Shown one piece after another: positions 9,270-20,551 of a stretch of 64,000 bases of DNA. The stretch lies in assembly GCA_963796285.1 (NCBI GenBank), contig CAWCKW010000012.1, forward strand, positions 1,248,001-1,312,000, written 5' to 3'. Position numbers and translations under genes: made by a program. A model generated the notes under the pieces. That model saw only the letters and a program-made list of their open reading frames with translations. It was not told the DNA's origin and did not search any database. Position 1 is the first letter of the stretch. The number at the start of each line of letters is the position of its first letter. Source of the stretch: Nitrospirota bacterium. GTDB lineage: Bacteria; Nitrospirota; UBA9217.

Positions 9270-10910
9270 GTGGAGCTTGCGGTGCCAGTAAATATGGACA
9301 ATTCGGGGATAAGTGCCGAGCACTTGAGGATCATCTACGAGAATTCACCCCTCGGCATCGAATTTTACGACGCCGAAGGGAGCCTCATCAACGCGAATCG
9401 GGCTTGTCTGGAAATGTTCGGTGTCACGGACATTTCAGCGATAATTAAATTCAACCTGTTTGACGATCCGAACTTGAGCGAACAGCACAAGAACGAGCTC
9501 CGCGAGGGCGGAACGATCAAACAGGAGATCTCCTTCGATTTTGCGAAGGTCAGGGAGCACAACCTCTATCCCACCTCAAAACAGGGGACGGTCTATCTTG
9601 ACCTGGTCATCACGCCGCTCCTCTCGCCCGACGCGAAGTCGAACATCGGTTACACCGTCACTGTCCGTGACATCACCCTCCGGCGGAACGCGGAAGCAAT
9701 GCTGCTGGAGCAAAAGAATTTTTCAGAACAGGTGATCGATAAGTCCGCGGTCGCTGTATTCGTCCTTGCCCACGACCATACGGTCGTTCTCTGGAACAGG
9801 GCGTGCGAAGAACTCACCGGGGTCCGCGCCGCGGAGATGATCGGCACGAGCAATCACTGGAGGCCGTTCTATGAACAGCAGCGGCCGACGCTGGCGGACA
9901 TCATTCTCGAGAACGAGCACGAGACGGTCTCCCTGCTCTACGCAAAGAGTGGCAGGTCCACCCTTATTCCGGACGGCATCCGCGGCGAAGGCTGGTACGC
10001 AAACATGAATGGAAAAAACCGGTACATCGTTTTTGACGCGGCCCCCCTCTATGACACCAAGAGCTGTTTGATCGGAGCGATCGAGACCCTGCACGACATG
10101 ACGGATTTTCGTCGGACCGAAGAGGACCTGGAGCGGAGGACGCTGGAACTCGTGAGATCGAACGCGGAGCTGGAGCACTTCGCCCATATCGCCTCGCATG
10201 ACCTGAAAGAGCCGCTCTTCACCATCGCCGGGTTTGCCGAGGTGCTCCAGGACAAGTATGAGGACCGGCTCGATGACAAGGGCAGGTCGTATCTCTCCCG
10301 CATCGTCGAGGGAACCCTTCGCATGGAGCGCCTGATCAATGACCTTTTGGCATATGCCCGCGTGACCTCGCAGGCCAGCCCCTTCGAGCCGGTCGCGTGC
10401 GCAGCCGTATTGGAGGAGGTCCTTTCCAATCTCAAGGCGGCGATCGACGAGAGTAACGCCACGATTACGGCTGATGACCTCCCGACCGTGATGGGCGACA
10501 AGACCCAGCTGGTGCAATTGTTCCAGAACCTGATCGGTAATGCGATCAAGTACCGGCGGGACGCGTCCCCGGTGATCCGCATCTCTGCCGCACCAATCCA
10601 GGAACCGCAGGAGGGCAAGGCTGACAATGCCAGAGAACAACCGCTTGCCCGCGATGCTCATAGACGTGATGGACGAGGATGGATTTTTTCCGTCTCGGAC
10701 AACGGCATCGGCATCGAGCCGCGCTATTTCAAAGAGATTTTCAAGATATTTCAGCGCATCCCCTTGCAGGAGAAAACCTATTCGGGAACCGGCATCGGCC
10801 TCGCGATCTGTGAAAAAATCGTGGAACGGCACGGCGGCCGCATCTGGGTCGAGTCCGAGCCGGGCAAGGGCACCACGTTTTACTGGAACCTGTTTACCCA
10901 CCATGAGTGA
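9270..10910 (+). CDS. Cytoplasmic PAS sensor histidine kinase
   Basis: Two PAS domains, FAHIASHDLKEPL H-box, HATPase domain. Confidence 0.92.
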   Translation: MELAVPVNMDNSGISAEHLRIIYENSPLGIEFYDAEGSLINANRACLEMFGVTDISAIIKFNLFDDPNLSEQHKNELREGGTIKQEISFDFAKVREHNLYPTSKQGTVYLDLVITPLLSPDAKSNIGYTVTVRDITLRRNAEAMLLEQKNFSEQVIDKSAVAVFVLAHDHTVVLWNRACEELTGVRAAEMIGTSNHWRPFYEQQRPTLADIILENEHETVSLLYAKSGRSTLIPDGIRGEGWYANMNGKNRYIVFDAAPLYDTKSCLIGAIETLHDMTDFRRTEEDLERRTLELVRSNAELEHFAHIASHDLKEPLFTIAGFAEVLQDKYEDRLDDKGRSYLSRIVEGTLRMERLINDLLAYARVTSQASPFEPVACAAVLEEVLSNLKAAIDESNATITADDLPTVMGDKTQLVQLFQNLIGNAIKYRRDASPVIRISAAPIQEPQEGKADNAREQPLARDAHRRDGRGWIFSVSDNGIGIEPRYFKEIFKIFQRIPLQEKTYSGTGIGLAICEKIVERHGGRIWVESEPGKGTTFYWNLFTHHE

Positions 10911-11808
10911 ACGCTTTAACCAAGGCTGTGAATACCGCGAACGACTCGGTCCCGATGCTCATTCCCGGACCTTGCTTGCTTATCTGAGCCATCGCTATCG
11001 TCACTCTTCCCCAACGGAGTGGGAAGCACGCATTGCATCCGGTCATGTGCTTATCGATGGACTGCCTGCGCATGCGGAAAGCGTACTGCGCGCGGGATGC
11101 CAAGTTGTCTGGCAGCGGCCGCCATGGATCGAACCTGATGCGCCGAAGTCATTTTCCGTTCTCTATGAAGACGATGACCTGATCGCGGTGAACAAACCAG
11201 CAGGGTTGCCCACGCTTCCCGGCGCTAATTTTCTCCAGTCAACGCTCCTGCATCTCGTACAGTCCTATGCGCCTGATGCCGCTCCTCTCCATCGATTGGG
11301 TCGATGGACGTCAGGCATAGTATTGTGTGCCCGGAACCATGCTGCCCGGACAGAATTGATGAGGCAGTGGTCGGCAAATGAGGTCGGCAAAGTCTACCGC
11401 GCGCTTGCAAACGGAAATCCCGATTGGGACGAGCAAACAATCTCCGCGCCCATAGGACCTGTGCCGCACACCTTGCTCGGGTCGATCCACGCCGCGACTC
11501 AAAAAGGCAAGTCCGCCTTGACTTACGTCACCGTCATCGAACGCCGCGTAGATTCCTTCCTGTGTAATGTGCGTATCGCGACAGGCCGTCCTCACCAGAT
11601 CCGGATCCACCTGGCAGCTTCAGGCCACCCTCTGGTTGGCGATCCTCTGTATAGTGCGGGCGGTCTGCCCTTGCCGGATACGCGTGCTTTACCTGGCGAC
11701 CCGGGCTACCACCTTCACGCAGCAGAACTGAGCTTTCGTCATCCCGTCACCAGGCGCGAGGTCGTCATCGACTGCGAACCGCCGTCGCTATTACGACGCT
11801 CAGGATAA
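10903..11808 (+). CDS. RluA-family RNA pseudouridine synthase
   Basis: NKPAGL, HRLGRWTSG, TGRPHQIRIH, GDPLY; the canonical HRLD Asp is Gly here. Confidence 0.85.
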   Translation: MSERFNQGCEYRERLGPDAHSRTLLAYLSHRYRHSSPTEWEARIASGHVLIDGLPAHAESVLRAGCQVVWQRPPWIEPDAPKSFSVLYEDDDLIAVNKPAGLPTLPGANFLQSTLLHLVQSYAPDAAPLHRLGRWTSGIVLCARNHAARTELMRQWSANEVGKVYRALANGNPDWDEQTISAPIGPVPHTLLGSIHAATQKGKSALTYVTVIERRVDSFLCNVRIATGRPHQIRIHLAASGHPLVGDPLYSAGGLPLPDTRALPGDPGYHLHAAELSFRHPVTRREVVIDCEPPSLLRRSG

Positions 11809-11876
11809 CAACCGCTCGAGAGGACGGGGCCGGCCTGAGAGTCACACAGCTCATCCAATTCACGATCGATCAGCCA

Positions 11877-14127
11877 TCACGTCCGGTTCTTCATGAAAGC
11901 CTGCTGCAGTGCGTTGATATCCGCCTGCGGTTTTTGCTGCTGCTTCTTCTGCTGCGGTTGCCGCTTTGCTTGTTCCTGCTTCGGCCTGTCCGGATTCTTT
12001 TTTAATGACAGCGATATCCGTTTTCTCTTCACGTCCACGTCAAGCACCGTGGTCATCACCTTCTGATTCACCTTCACGGCCTCGTTCGCATCTTTTATGA
12101 AACGGTCCGAAAGCTGGCTCAGGTGCGCAAGGCCGTCCTGGTGGACACCAATATCGATAAAGGCCCCGAACGCGGTGATATTCGTCACCACGCCGGGCAA
12201 TTTCATCCCCGGCACCACGTCCTCGATCTTCTCCACACCCTCGGTAAAACTGAAGGCCTCGAATTGCTCACGCGGGTCCCTGCCGGGCTTGGCAAGCTCG
12301 GCCATGATGTCCTTCAGCGTGGGCAGGCCGACCGTATCGGTCGCATAGGTATTGAGATCGATCTTTTTGCGCAGTTCCTCGCTCCGCATCAGGTCCTGGA
12401 TGGAGCAGTTCAGGTCCCGCGCCATGGCGTCCACGATTGGATAGGTCTCAGGATGCACCCCGCTCGCATCGAGAGGATTGCTGCCGTCGCGAATGCGCAG
12501 AAATCCCGCTGCCAGCTCAAAGGTCTTCGGCCCAAGCTTCGGGACTTTCTTCAACTCGGTCCTCGACTGAAACGGGCCGTTTGCATCCCGGTATTCCACG
12601 ACATTCCCGGCCAACTGCGGTCCCAGCCCGGAAACGTAAGTCAGCAGCTGCTTGCTCGCGGTATTCACCTCGACTCCCACGCCATTCACGCACATGATGA
12701 CCACATCATCAAGACTCCGCTTGAGGGCCGTCTGGTCTACATCGTGCTGGTACTGGCCGACGCCGATGGATTTGGGATCGATCTTTACCAGCTCTGCCAG
12801 GGGATCCATCAGCCTGCGGCCGATCGATACCGAACCGCGCACCGTAAGGTCCTGATCAGGGAACTCTTCCCGCGCGACCTCGGACGCTGAATAGATGGAG
12901 GCGCCGCTCTCATTCACCATCACGATCTGGACCGAAGCCGGAAGGCCGAGCTGCCTGACGAACGCCTCGGTCTCGCGGCCAGCGGTACCGTTGCCGATGG
13001 CGATCGCTTCCACGTCATATTGTTTGCAGAGATCAATGACCTTTTTCCCCGCCTCTCCCGTGTTCTTTTCGGAAAAATGGGGATAGATGACATCGGTCTG
13101 CAGCAGCTTGCCCTGCCGGTCGATGCAGACCACCTTGCACCCGGTGCGGAACCCGGGATCAATTGCCAGGATGTTCTTTTGGCCCAGGGGCGGTGAAAGC
13201 AGGACCTGCCGCAGGTTCTCTGCAAAAACACGGATGGCCTCTGCATCGGCCCGTTCCTTGGTCGTGACCCTCATTTCCGTTTCCATGGACAGGGAGAGAA
13301 GCCGTTTGTAGGAATCATGGACCGCTGTCTTCACTTGCTGCGAGGCCGGGCCCTCACCTTTCACAAACAGCGATTCGAGCAGCGCGATCGCCTCTTCCTC
13401 AGGCGGAGTGGCGCGCAGGACCAGGAACCCCTCCTTCTCCCCCCGCCTCATGGCCAGGATGCGGTGGGACGGAGCAGCGGCGATCGGCTCCTGCCAGTCG
13501 AAGTAGTCCTTGTATTTGACCCCCTCTTCCTCTTTTCCGGTCAGCACCTTGGTCCTGAACTGGCCCTTGGAGGCGTACAACTCACGCATCTTCTGCCGGG
13601 CGTTCTGGTCCTCGTTAACCCATTCCGCAATGATGTCGCGCGCACCGGAGAGGGCGTCGTCCGCGGTCTCAACGCCCTTTTCTTTGTCCACGAATCCAAC
13701 AGCCTCGGCAGTGGGATCAACGGATGCCTCCTGCGAGAACAGCCGGAGTGCCAACGGTTCAAGCCCTTTCTCCCGGGCGATCATCGCTCTCGTGCGGCGC
13801 TTGGGGCGGTAGGGCAGATAGATGTCTTCAAGCACGGTCAGGGTTTCCGCTGCCAGGACCTTGGCCTTCAGTTCGTCCGTGAGCTTTCCCGTTTCTTCAA
13901 GCGATTTCAGGATCGCCTCGCGCCGTTTGTCCAGTTCCCGAAGCTGCGCCAACCGGTCTCGAACAGCGGCAACCGCGACCTCGTCAAGAGAGCCGGTGAC
14001 CTCTTTCCGGTACCGGGAGATGAACGGTACGGTAGCGCCTTCATCGAGGAGCGCGGCGCATGCGATCACCTGCTTTTCTGGTATGGATAGTTCTTGCGGC
14101 GATCGTGCTGATATGTCCTGATGTCAT
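11877..14127 (-). CDS. tex: Tex-family RNA-binding transcriptional accessory protein (5' indel)
   Basis: GATVPFISRYRKE, IDPGFRTGCK, VGQYQHDV, C-terminal S1 domain. Confidence 0.95.
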
Positions 14128-14387
14128 GGGGGTCCTTTTCTCTGAAGGGATAAGACGGGGATAGTAACAAAAACAAGGTTGGATGTAAAGACATGCTTCA
14201 ATAAAGAAAGATACTGACAGCCTTCGACTGATCTGACTGGTGAGGTCTGAAGCATAATGGGAATTTGATGGTCGTTAGCTGGTTCCTGATGATGCTCTTC
14301 GCGCCTCATCAATTACCCGGTCATATTAGAATGATTTCCCCGGCAAAACACTGCGTCCCGTCCGGACCGGACGGATCAGACAGGCTT

Positions 14388-15168
14388 TCAGGACCGACAG
14401 GCCGCGACCGGCAGATTGATGGGATCAACGAGCATGTCCGGGGCCGGTTTCCGGTAGTAAGGGCATTGCTCTTCCCGGCACCCGTGCGGGTGGCGGACGC
14501 TGTCGGTGCAGACGATCGAGGTTTTCGCCATTGGCAGCACGATGCCGAACCGTTCCGCGAAGATCGTGACCGCAGTGGAAAGCGCCGCTCGCACATAGGC
14601 CTTGCAGCAGCTCGGCCCGGTAAGTTCGGCGATGGCCTGCGAGACCCTGATCACGGCGTCCATGGTAATTTTTTGTTCCGCATCGGACCCGCACCGCGCC
14701 CCGAGAAAGAGGGAGAAGCACGCGCCGATGGCCGGTGCAATGCCGCACACGCCCGTGAGCCCGCAGTAACCGCTCACGGCCTGCTTCGCGGTCCTGTCGA
14801 ACACCTCGCGGATGTCCGCGTCCGTGATCTTGCCTTTGCCGTAGGGCGAGTTCTTGAGCGCCGCCATGAGCGCTCCCGCGGCGATATACGCATGCTCGCA
14901 TCCGAGCATGGGAAGGTCAGGACGGCCCATCATAAGCTCTGCTATCGCTATAGGGTCTTCGGACGTGGTCGTGAGGGCCAGATCCATGATGATGCCCTTT
15001 AAATCGCCCGCGTGGCATTCCTCGCAGATGAAGTGCCCCTGGGGACAGGTGATGCTCCCCTGTCACGTTCTTTCCGCAGTAGATGCAGGTAAGGTTTTCC
15101 GCGTGGTGCAGATAATCGAGGACAGAACCGCAGACCATGCAGTTTTCGGTGTTCTTCTTTTCGTTCAT
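14388..15168 (-). CDS. Cys-rich DUF5714-like protein (frameshift near 15060)
   Basis: CMVCG..CIYCG..CPQGHFICEECH joined to GCEHAYI..GYCGLTGVCG..GPSCCK. Confidence 0.75.
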
Positions 15169-15326
15169 GGTTTATTTATACCACAGATGCCGGCTGATTT
15201 CTATAATTACGGTTTCTGTCCTTTGGCTTGACTTTTTCGATGCTTTTACGCTATGCTGAAATTAACGTTATCGGCAATAGTATGTTCCAGCGCAGATATT
15301 TCAAGGATCTCGTCAGGAGTTCTTAA

Positions 15327-16110
15327 GTGAATAAAGCCGTTCTGCTGCTTCTCACCCTGCTTGTTGATGCCCATCCCCTCCCTTGGCCACGAAACCACGG
15401 CCACGAAAGCCGATATCGCGCTCGAGGAAAAACTGGGACAGTACATCCCCGCTGATGCCGTGTTCAGTTGACGAGAACAATAAGCGTCTATCTCTCAACG
15501 AGGCGCTCACCAAACCGGTGATCATCGCCCCGGTCTATCTGGGCTGCACGCATGAATGCCCCCTGCTCCTGTCCGGCCTGGCCCAGGCGCTCGGCAAGCT
15601 CGATATGATCACGCCGGGCAAGGACTTCACCGTGATCACGCTCAGCTTCGACGACAAGGACACACCGCAGATCGCGCACGACAAGAAGAGGAACTATATC
15701 AAAGCTGTCGGGAAGCCCTTCCCTGAGGACGCGTGGATGTTCCTGACCGGCGATGCGATCAACATCAGGAAGTTCACCGATTCCATCGGTTTCAAGTTCC
15801 AGCGGGACGGAGAGCACGATTTCTCCCACCCGGTGACGCTCGTCGTGGTCTCGCCGCAGGGAAAGATCGTCCGGTACCTCGACGGCGTAAGTTTCCTGCC
15901 CTTCGACATCACCATGGCAGTGAACGAGGCGGCGAAAGGCACGGTCGGCTCCACCGGCCGCAGAGTGCTGATGTACTGCTTCAGCTACGATCCGTTGAAG
16001 AAATCGTACGTGTTCAATATTTTAAAGGTCGTCGGGACCGTCATGGTCATTTTTGCGGCATCGTTCTTTGCGTATCTCATGATCATCGACAAAGAAAAAA
16101 AGCGACATGA
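15327..16110 (+). CDS. SCO1/SenC family copper chaperone (indels)
   Basis: CTHEC motif, FSHP, CFSYDP, C-terminal TM; first gene of the oxidase operon. Confidence 0.85.
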
Positions 16111-16117
16111 ACTGACG

Positions 16118-16353
16118 GTAGCCGCAGGCTTCAGCCTGCGTGCCATGTCACATGCAGAAGGATTTTTTTGATCATATCATTAGAAAAGACGAGACCTTGG
16201 CAAATCAAGTACGGTACATACTCGATCAACCCTGTCGCGAAAAGGGATAGTAGCCTCTTGCGGGATTACTCCTATAAAGGTTCCATCGGCTGTACATTAG
16301 AAGATGTATTAAACAGCATTGTGTAAATAACGCAGGCTGAAGCCTGCGGCTAC
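16118..16353 (+). mobile_element. Inverted GTAG-type REP pair flanking a RAYT (Y1 tyrosine transposase) C-terminal remnant
   Basis: GTAGCCGCAGGCTTCAGCCTGCGT at 16118 and its reverse complement at 16330-16353; interior reads QKDFFDHIIRKDETLANQVRYILD/NPV/RKGIV with indels. Confidence 0.8.
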
Positions 16354-16365
16354 CAGGAACACCTT

Positions 16366-17963
16366 ATGGAAAATAACTTCTACACCACACTCCGGGAAAA
16401 TACCCCGGCATCTTCGGCTGGATCTTCTCGACCGACCACAAGCGCATCGGCCTGCTGTATCTCATGTCGATGCTTCTCCTTCTTCCTGGTAGGCATGGGC
16501 CTCGGCCTCACCATGCGGCTCGAGCTCATCGCTCCGGGCACGCACTTCATCACGCGCCCAGACGTACAACGCCCTGTTCACGGTCCACGGCGTGATCATG
16601 ATCTTCCTCTTCATCATCCCCGGCATCCCGGCCACGCTCGGTAACTTCATCCTGCCGCTCCAGATCGGCGCCCGGGACGTGGCCTTCCCGCGGCTCAACC
16701 TGATGTCGTGGTGGCTCTATATCATCCGGCGCCGTCGTGGTGCTCACCTCGCTGTTCACCGGCGGCGGGCCGCCGGACACGGGCTGGACCTTCTACGTGC
16801 CCTACAGCATCCGCACGGGCACGAACGTGTCGCTCGCGGTCTTCGGCGTGTTCCTCCTCGGCGTTCTCGTCAACGCTCACGGGGCTGAATTTCCTCACCA
16901 CGATCCACCGCCTCCGCGCGCCCGGCATGACGTGGTTCCGCATGCCGCTGTTCACCTGGTCGCTCTACGCCACGGCCTGGGTCCAGCTCCTGGCCACGCC
17001 GATCATCGCCATCACGCTGCTGCTGATCATCGTCGAGCGCTTCTTCGGCGTGGGCTTCTTCGACCCGGCAAAAGGCGGCGACCCGATCCTGTTCGAGCAC
17101 CTCTTCTGGATCTACTCGCACCCGGCGGTCTACATCATGATCCTGCCGGCCATGGGCGCGGTCACCGACATCATCCCCGTCTTCTCCCGCAGGACCATCT
17201 TCGGGTACAAGGCCATCGCCTTCTCGAGCCTCGCCATCGCGCTTCGTCGGCTACCTCGTCTGGGGCCACCACATGTTCACCAGCGGCATGAGCGACACGG
17301 CGCGCATGGTCTTCTCGCTCCTCACTTTCCTCGTGGCCATCCCGAGCGGCATCAAGGTCTTCAACTGGGTCGCGAGCATGTACAAGGGGTCGATCCAGCT
17401 TGACTCGCCCATGCTCTTCGTGCATCGGCTTCATCTTCCTCTTCTCCATCGGCGGCCTGACCGGGCTCGTGCAGGGGGCACTTGCCACGAACATCCACGT
17501 CCACGGCACCTACTTCATCGTGGCCCACTTTCACTACGTCATGTTCGGCGGCACGGGCTTCGCGTTCTTCGCCGGCGCTCCATTACTGGTATCCCAAGAT
17601 GTTCGGCAGGATGTATGAACGAGCAGCTCGCAAGGATCGACTGGGTATTCCTGTTCATCGGCTTCAACATCCTCTACTTCCCCATGTTCGTCCTGGGCTG
17701 GCAGGGCATGCCGAGGCGGTATTACGATTACCTTCCGAAATACCATACGGGCCAATCTGATCTCGACCATCGGGTCCTGGATCCTGGCGATCGGGATACT
17801 TCTGATGTTCTTCAACTTCATCCGGTCGTTGCGAAAAGGCGAGAAGGCCCCGGCAAATCCCTGGGGCGGGGCGACGCTCGAGTGGCAGACAAGCTCCCCG
17901 CCGCCCACGGAGAACTTCGAGAAGGTCCCCGAGGTCACCAAGGGGCCGTATACGTATAGATAG
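16366..17963 (+). CDS. coxA: Heme-copper (cytochrome c) oxidase subunit I, A2 type (many indels)
   Basis: [46 protein letters not shown] recovered across frames. Confidence 0.92.
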
Positions 17964-17996
17964 AGTCTGTATTTTAATTGCCGATTCATGTAAGAT

Positions 17997-18068
17997 CGTC
18001 ATTCCTGCGAAGGCAGGAATCCAGTCTTTTCACTAAACTCTGGATGCCGGATCAAGTCCGGCATGACG
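17997..18068. repeat. CGTC-type REP dimer
   Basis: CGTCATTCCTGCGAAGGCAGGAATCCAG...CTGGATGCCGGATCAAGTCCGGCATGACG double hairpin. Confidence 0.75.
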
Positions 18069-18178
18069 AAAATGGACACTTAAATGCAGACTCTAATGAT
18101 CAGATTTTCTTCGTGCCTTTGTGGCTCAGTGTGGCCCTCTTCTTGGCCATCGCGTGAACAAATGACTTCAAGGTTTTT

Positions 18179-18796
18179 ATGAACGAACTTGCACATACAG
18201 CCTCCAAACACACCGACTACACCGGCTCCAAGCTCGGCATGTGGTTCTTCCTGTTCACCGAGATCCTGCTCTTCGGCGGACTGTTCCTGGTCTACTCCGT
18301 GTATCGCGCCGTGCATCAAGAGGCGTTCCATACAGCGGCAAAGGAGCTCAGCACGATGCTCGGGGCGATCAACACCGTGGTCCTGCTGACGAGCAGCCTG
18401 ACCATGGCCCTTGCCATTGCCGCGCTCAGGCAGGGGAAGAGAAACACCTCGATCATCTACCAATCGATCACCATCCTGTTCGGCATTGCCTTTCTCGTGA
18501 ACAAGTACTTCGAGTGGAGCGGCCACATCCACCAGGGGATCTATCCGAACTCGCCGGAACTGCTCTCGCGGGACCATGGCGAGATCTTGTTCTACGGTTT
18601 GTACTATGTCATGACCGGGCTGCACGGTCTGCACGTGCTCGCCGGCGTGCTGCTGATCGGGACCATGCTGTCGTTGACGCTCAAAGGGAGCATTACGGGT
18701 GACAAGTTCAACAAGCTCGAGAACACCGGTCTCTACTGGCATCTGGTGGATATCATCTGGATCTATCTGTTCCCGCTTTTCTATCTTATAACCTGA
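18179..18796 (+). CDS. coxC: Cytochrome c oxidase subunit III
   Basis: GMWFFLFTE, TGLHGLHV, LYWHLVDIIW. Confidence 0.95.
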   Translation: MNELAHTASKHTDYTGSKLGMWFFLFTEILLFGGLFLVYSVYRAVHQEAFHTAAKELSTMLGAINTVVLLTSSLTMALAIAALRQGKRNTSIIYQSITILFGIAFLVNKYFEWSGHIHQGIYPNSPELLSRDHGEILFYGLYYVMTGLHGLHVLAGVLLIGTMLSLTLKGSITGDKFNKLENTGLYWHLVDIIWIYLFPLFYLIT

Positions 18797-18811
18797 GGTG
18801 CAGCGACTTTT

Positions 18812-19090
18812 ATGAATAGACGAACGACACATAAGATCATCGTGGTCTCATGGCTCGCTCTGTTTATTTTCCTGGGGTACGGGGTCTGGAGCTTTCAGGG
18901 AGGTGAGCTGATGATCCTGGCATTTTTTGTCATAAGCATCATTGCCTACATACTGTATGCCTTCCTGGCCCGGTGTCCGGCTTGCAGAATGCCGCTTTTG
19001 CTCCGGCCTCTCAATATATTCGGGATGGAACTGTATGTCTGGTCGCTCCTGACACCTGAACGATGCAGACATTGTGAAACGATCATATAA
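18812..19090 (+). CDS. Small two-TM protein with two CxxC motifs
   Basis: CPAC and CRHC; fills the gap between subunit III and IV genes. Confidence 0.65.
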   Translation: MNRRTTHKIIVVSWLALFIFLGYGVWSFQGGELMILAFFVISIIAYILYAFLARCPACRMPLLLRPLNIFGMELYVWSLLTPERCRHCETII

Positions 19091-19392
19091 TGAAAGGCCC
19101 TGACCATATGGATGATCAAGAGAAACTTCCCGGGAGCACCGGGACCTACGTCATCATCTGGATCACGCTCCTCGCGCTCACGGCTACCACGATCACTGTC
19201 GCGGGAATGCACCTCGGAAGGTTCAGCACCCTTACCGCGCTCGTCATCGCGTCGATCAAGGCAAGCCTCGTACTGTGGTTCTTCATGCACCTCAAGTACG
19301 AGAAGCGATTGTTCAAGTACTTGCTCCTGGTCCCGATCGTGACGCTCACGGTCACGATCGGTCTCACATTCCTCGATATCTGGTACAGGTGA
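19090..19392 (+). CDS. coxD: Cytochrome c oxidase subunit IV
   Basis: IASIKASLVLWFFMHLKYE. Confidence 0.92.
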   Translation: MKGPDHMDDQEKLPGSTGTYVIIWITLLALTATTITVAGMHLGRFSTLTALVIASIKASLVLWFFMHLKYEKRLFKYLLLVPIVTLTVTIGLTFLDIWYR

Positions 19393-19394
19393 AC

Positions 19395-20315
19395 ATGGTA
19401 AACGGCTGGCAAAACCTCTCGGGCTCTGTTGACAACGTCTTCTATTTCATCATGAGCATCGGCATCGCGCTGCTCCTGGGCGTCACAGGTGTGATGCTCA
19501 CCTTCGTATACCGATACAGCAGGAAGCGGAACCCCAATCCCGAGGACATCAAGGACAATCTCCCTCTCGAGGTCATCTGGACCGTCATCCCCACCCTTCT
19601 CGTGCTCGCCATGTTCTGGATGGGATGGAAAGGGTTCCAGTACATGCGCACGGTCCCGTCCGATGCCATGCTCGTGAAGGTCACCGCGAGCATGTGGTCC
19701 TGGTCGTTCCAATACGAGAATGGCAAACAGAGCGGCACCTTGAATCTGCCCCTCGGCAAGCCCGTCAAGCTCTCCATCACCTCCACGGACGTGCTCCACA
19801 GCCTATCCATCCCGGCGTTCCGCGTCAAAGAGGACGCGGTGCCCGGCAGGGAGACTTATCTCTGGTTTTTGCCCGACGAAGCCGGGACCTATGATCTGTT
19901 CTGCACTGAATACTGCGGCGCGGGACATTCGTCCATGATAACGAAGGTTGAGATCATGCCGGTGAAGAAGTTCGAATCGTGGTATACCGAGAAAACAGAA
20001 ACAGAAGGCGGGCCAAAGAAACATCCTGACGGTGCAATGTTGGTGAAGGAAAAAGGCTGCGTTGCGTGCCATTCCCTGGACGGGACCGCGAAGGTGGGAC
20101 CGACGTTAAAAGGGGTCTTTGGCAGAAAAGAAATTGTCGTGACCGCCGGCAAGGAACATGAGCTCGTTGTGAACGAAGACTATATCAAGCACTCCCTGCT
20201 GGAACCCCAGGCGGATGTTGTAAAAGGTTTTCCACCGATCATGCCGTCGCAGAAGGGGCTGCTGAAGGACGATGAGATCGACGCGATCATTGAGTATTTA
20301 GAGAATTTGAAATAA
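19395..20315 (+). CDS. coxB: Cytochrome c oxidase subunit II with fused cytochrome c
   Basis: DVLHS, CuA motif CTEYCGAGHSSM, CVACH heme c site. Confidence 0.95.
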   Translation: MVNGWQNLSGSVDNVFYFIMSIGIALLLGVTGVMLTFVYRYSRKRNPNPEDIKDNLPLEVIWTVIPTLLVLAMFWMGWKGFQYMRTVPSDAMLVKVTASMWSWSFQYENGKQSGTLNLPLGKPVKLSITSTDVLHSLSIPAFRVKEDAVPGRETYLWFLPDEAGTYDLFCTEYCGAGHSSMITKVEIMPVKKFESWYTEKTETEGGPKKHPDGAMLVKEKGCVACHSLDGTAKVGPTLKGVFGRKEIVVTAGKEHELVVNEDYIKHSLLEPQADVVKGFPPIMPSQKGLLKDDEIDAIIEYLENLK

Positions 20316-20404
20316 AAACGCGGCACGCTGCCTGCATCCTTTCCATCAAGTGAGGGAATAATCTCCTTGCCCCTCGCTGGAAAGGCCTCGGGACGACACT
20401 TTCG

Positions 20405-20505
20405 CCACAGAGGCCACCGAGAACACAGAGACAGGATTTTGGCATGTCCTCATAACAACATTCTACGTTACATTTTACCTCTGTGATCTCTGAGTCCTCT
20501 GTGGC
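20405..20505. repeat. Imperfect inverted repeat element (CACAGAG...CTCTGTG)
   Basis: GCCACAGAGGCCACCGAGAACACAGAG...CTCTGTGATCTCTGAGTCCTCTGTGGC. Confidence 0.6.
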
Positions 20506-20551
20506 AAAAAAAGGTTGAGGTTCCGTCTTGTCCTGGTTAGGATCATCATCT

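Noticed and set aside
942-13311. Long antisense or alternate-frame ORFs (e.g. 942..1835, 9723..10904, 12123..12890)
   Set aside because: Shadow ORFs of GC-rich genes with no recognisable motifs.
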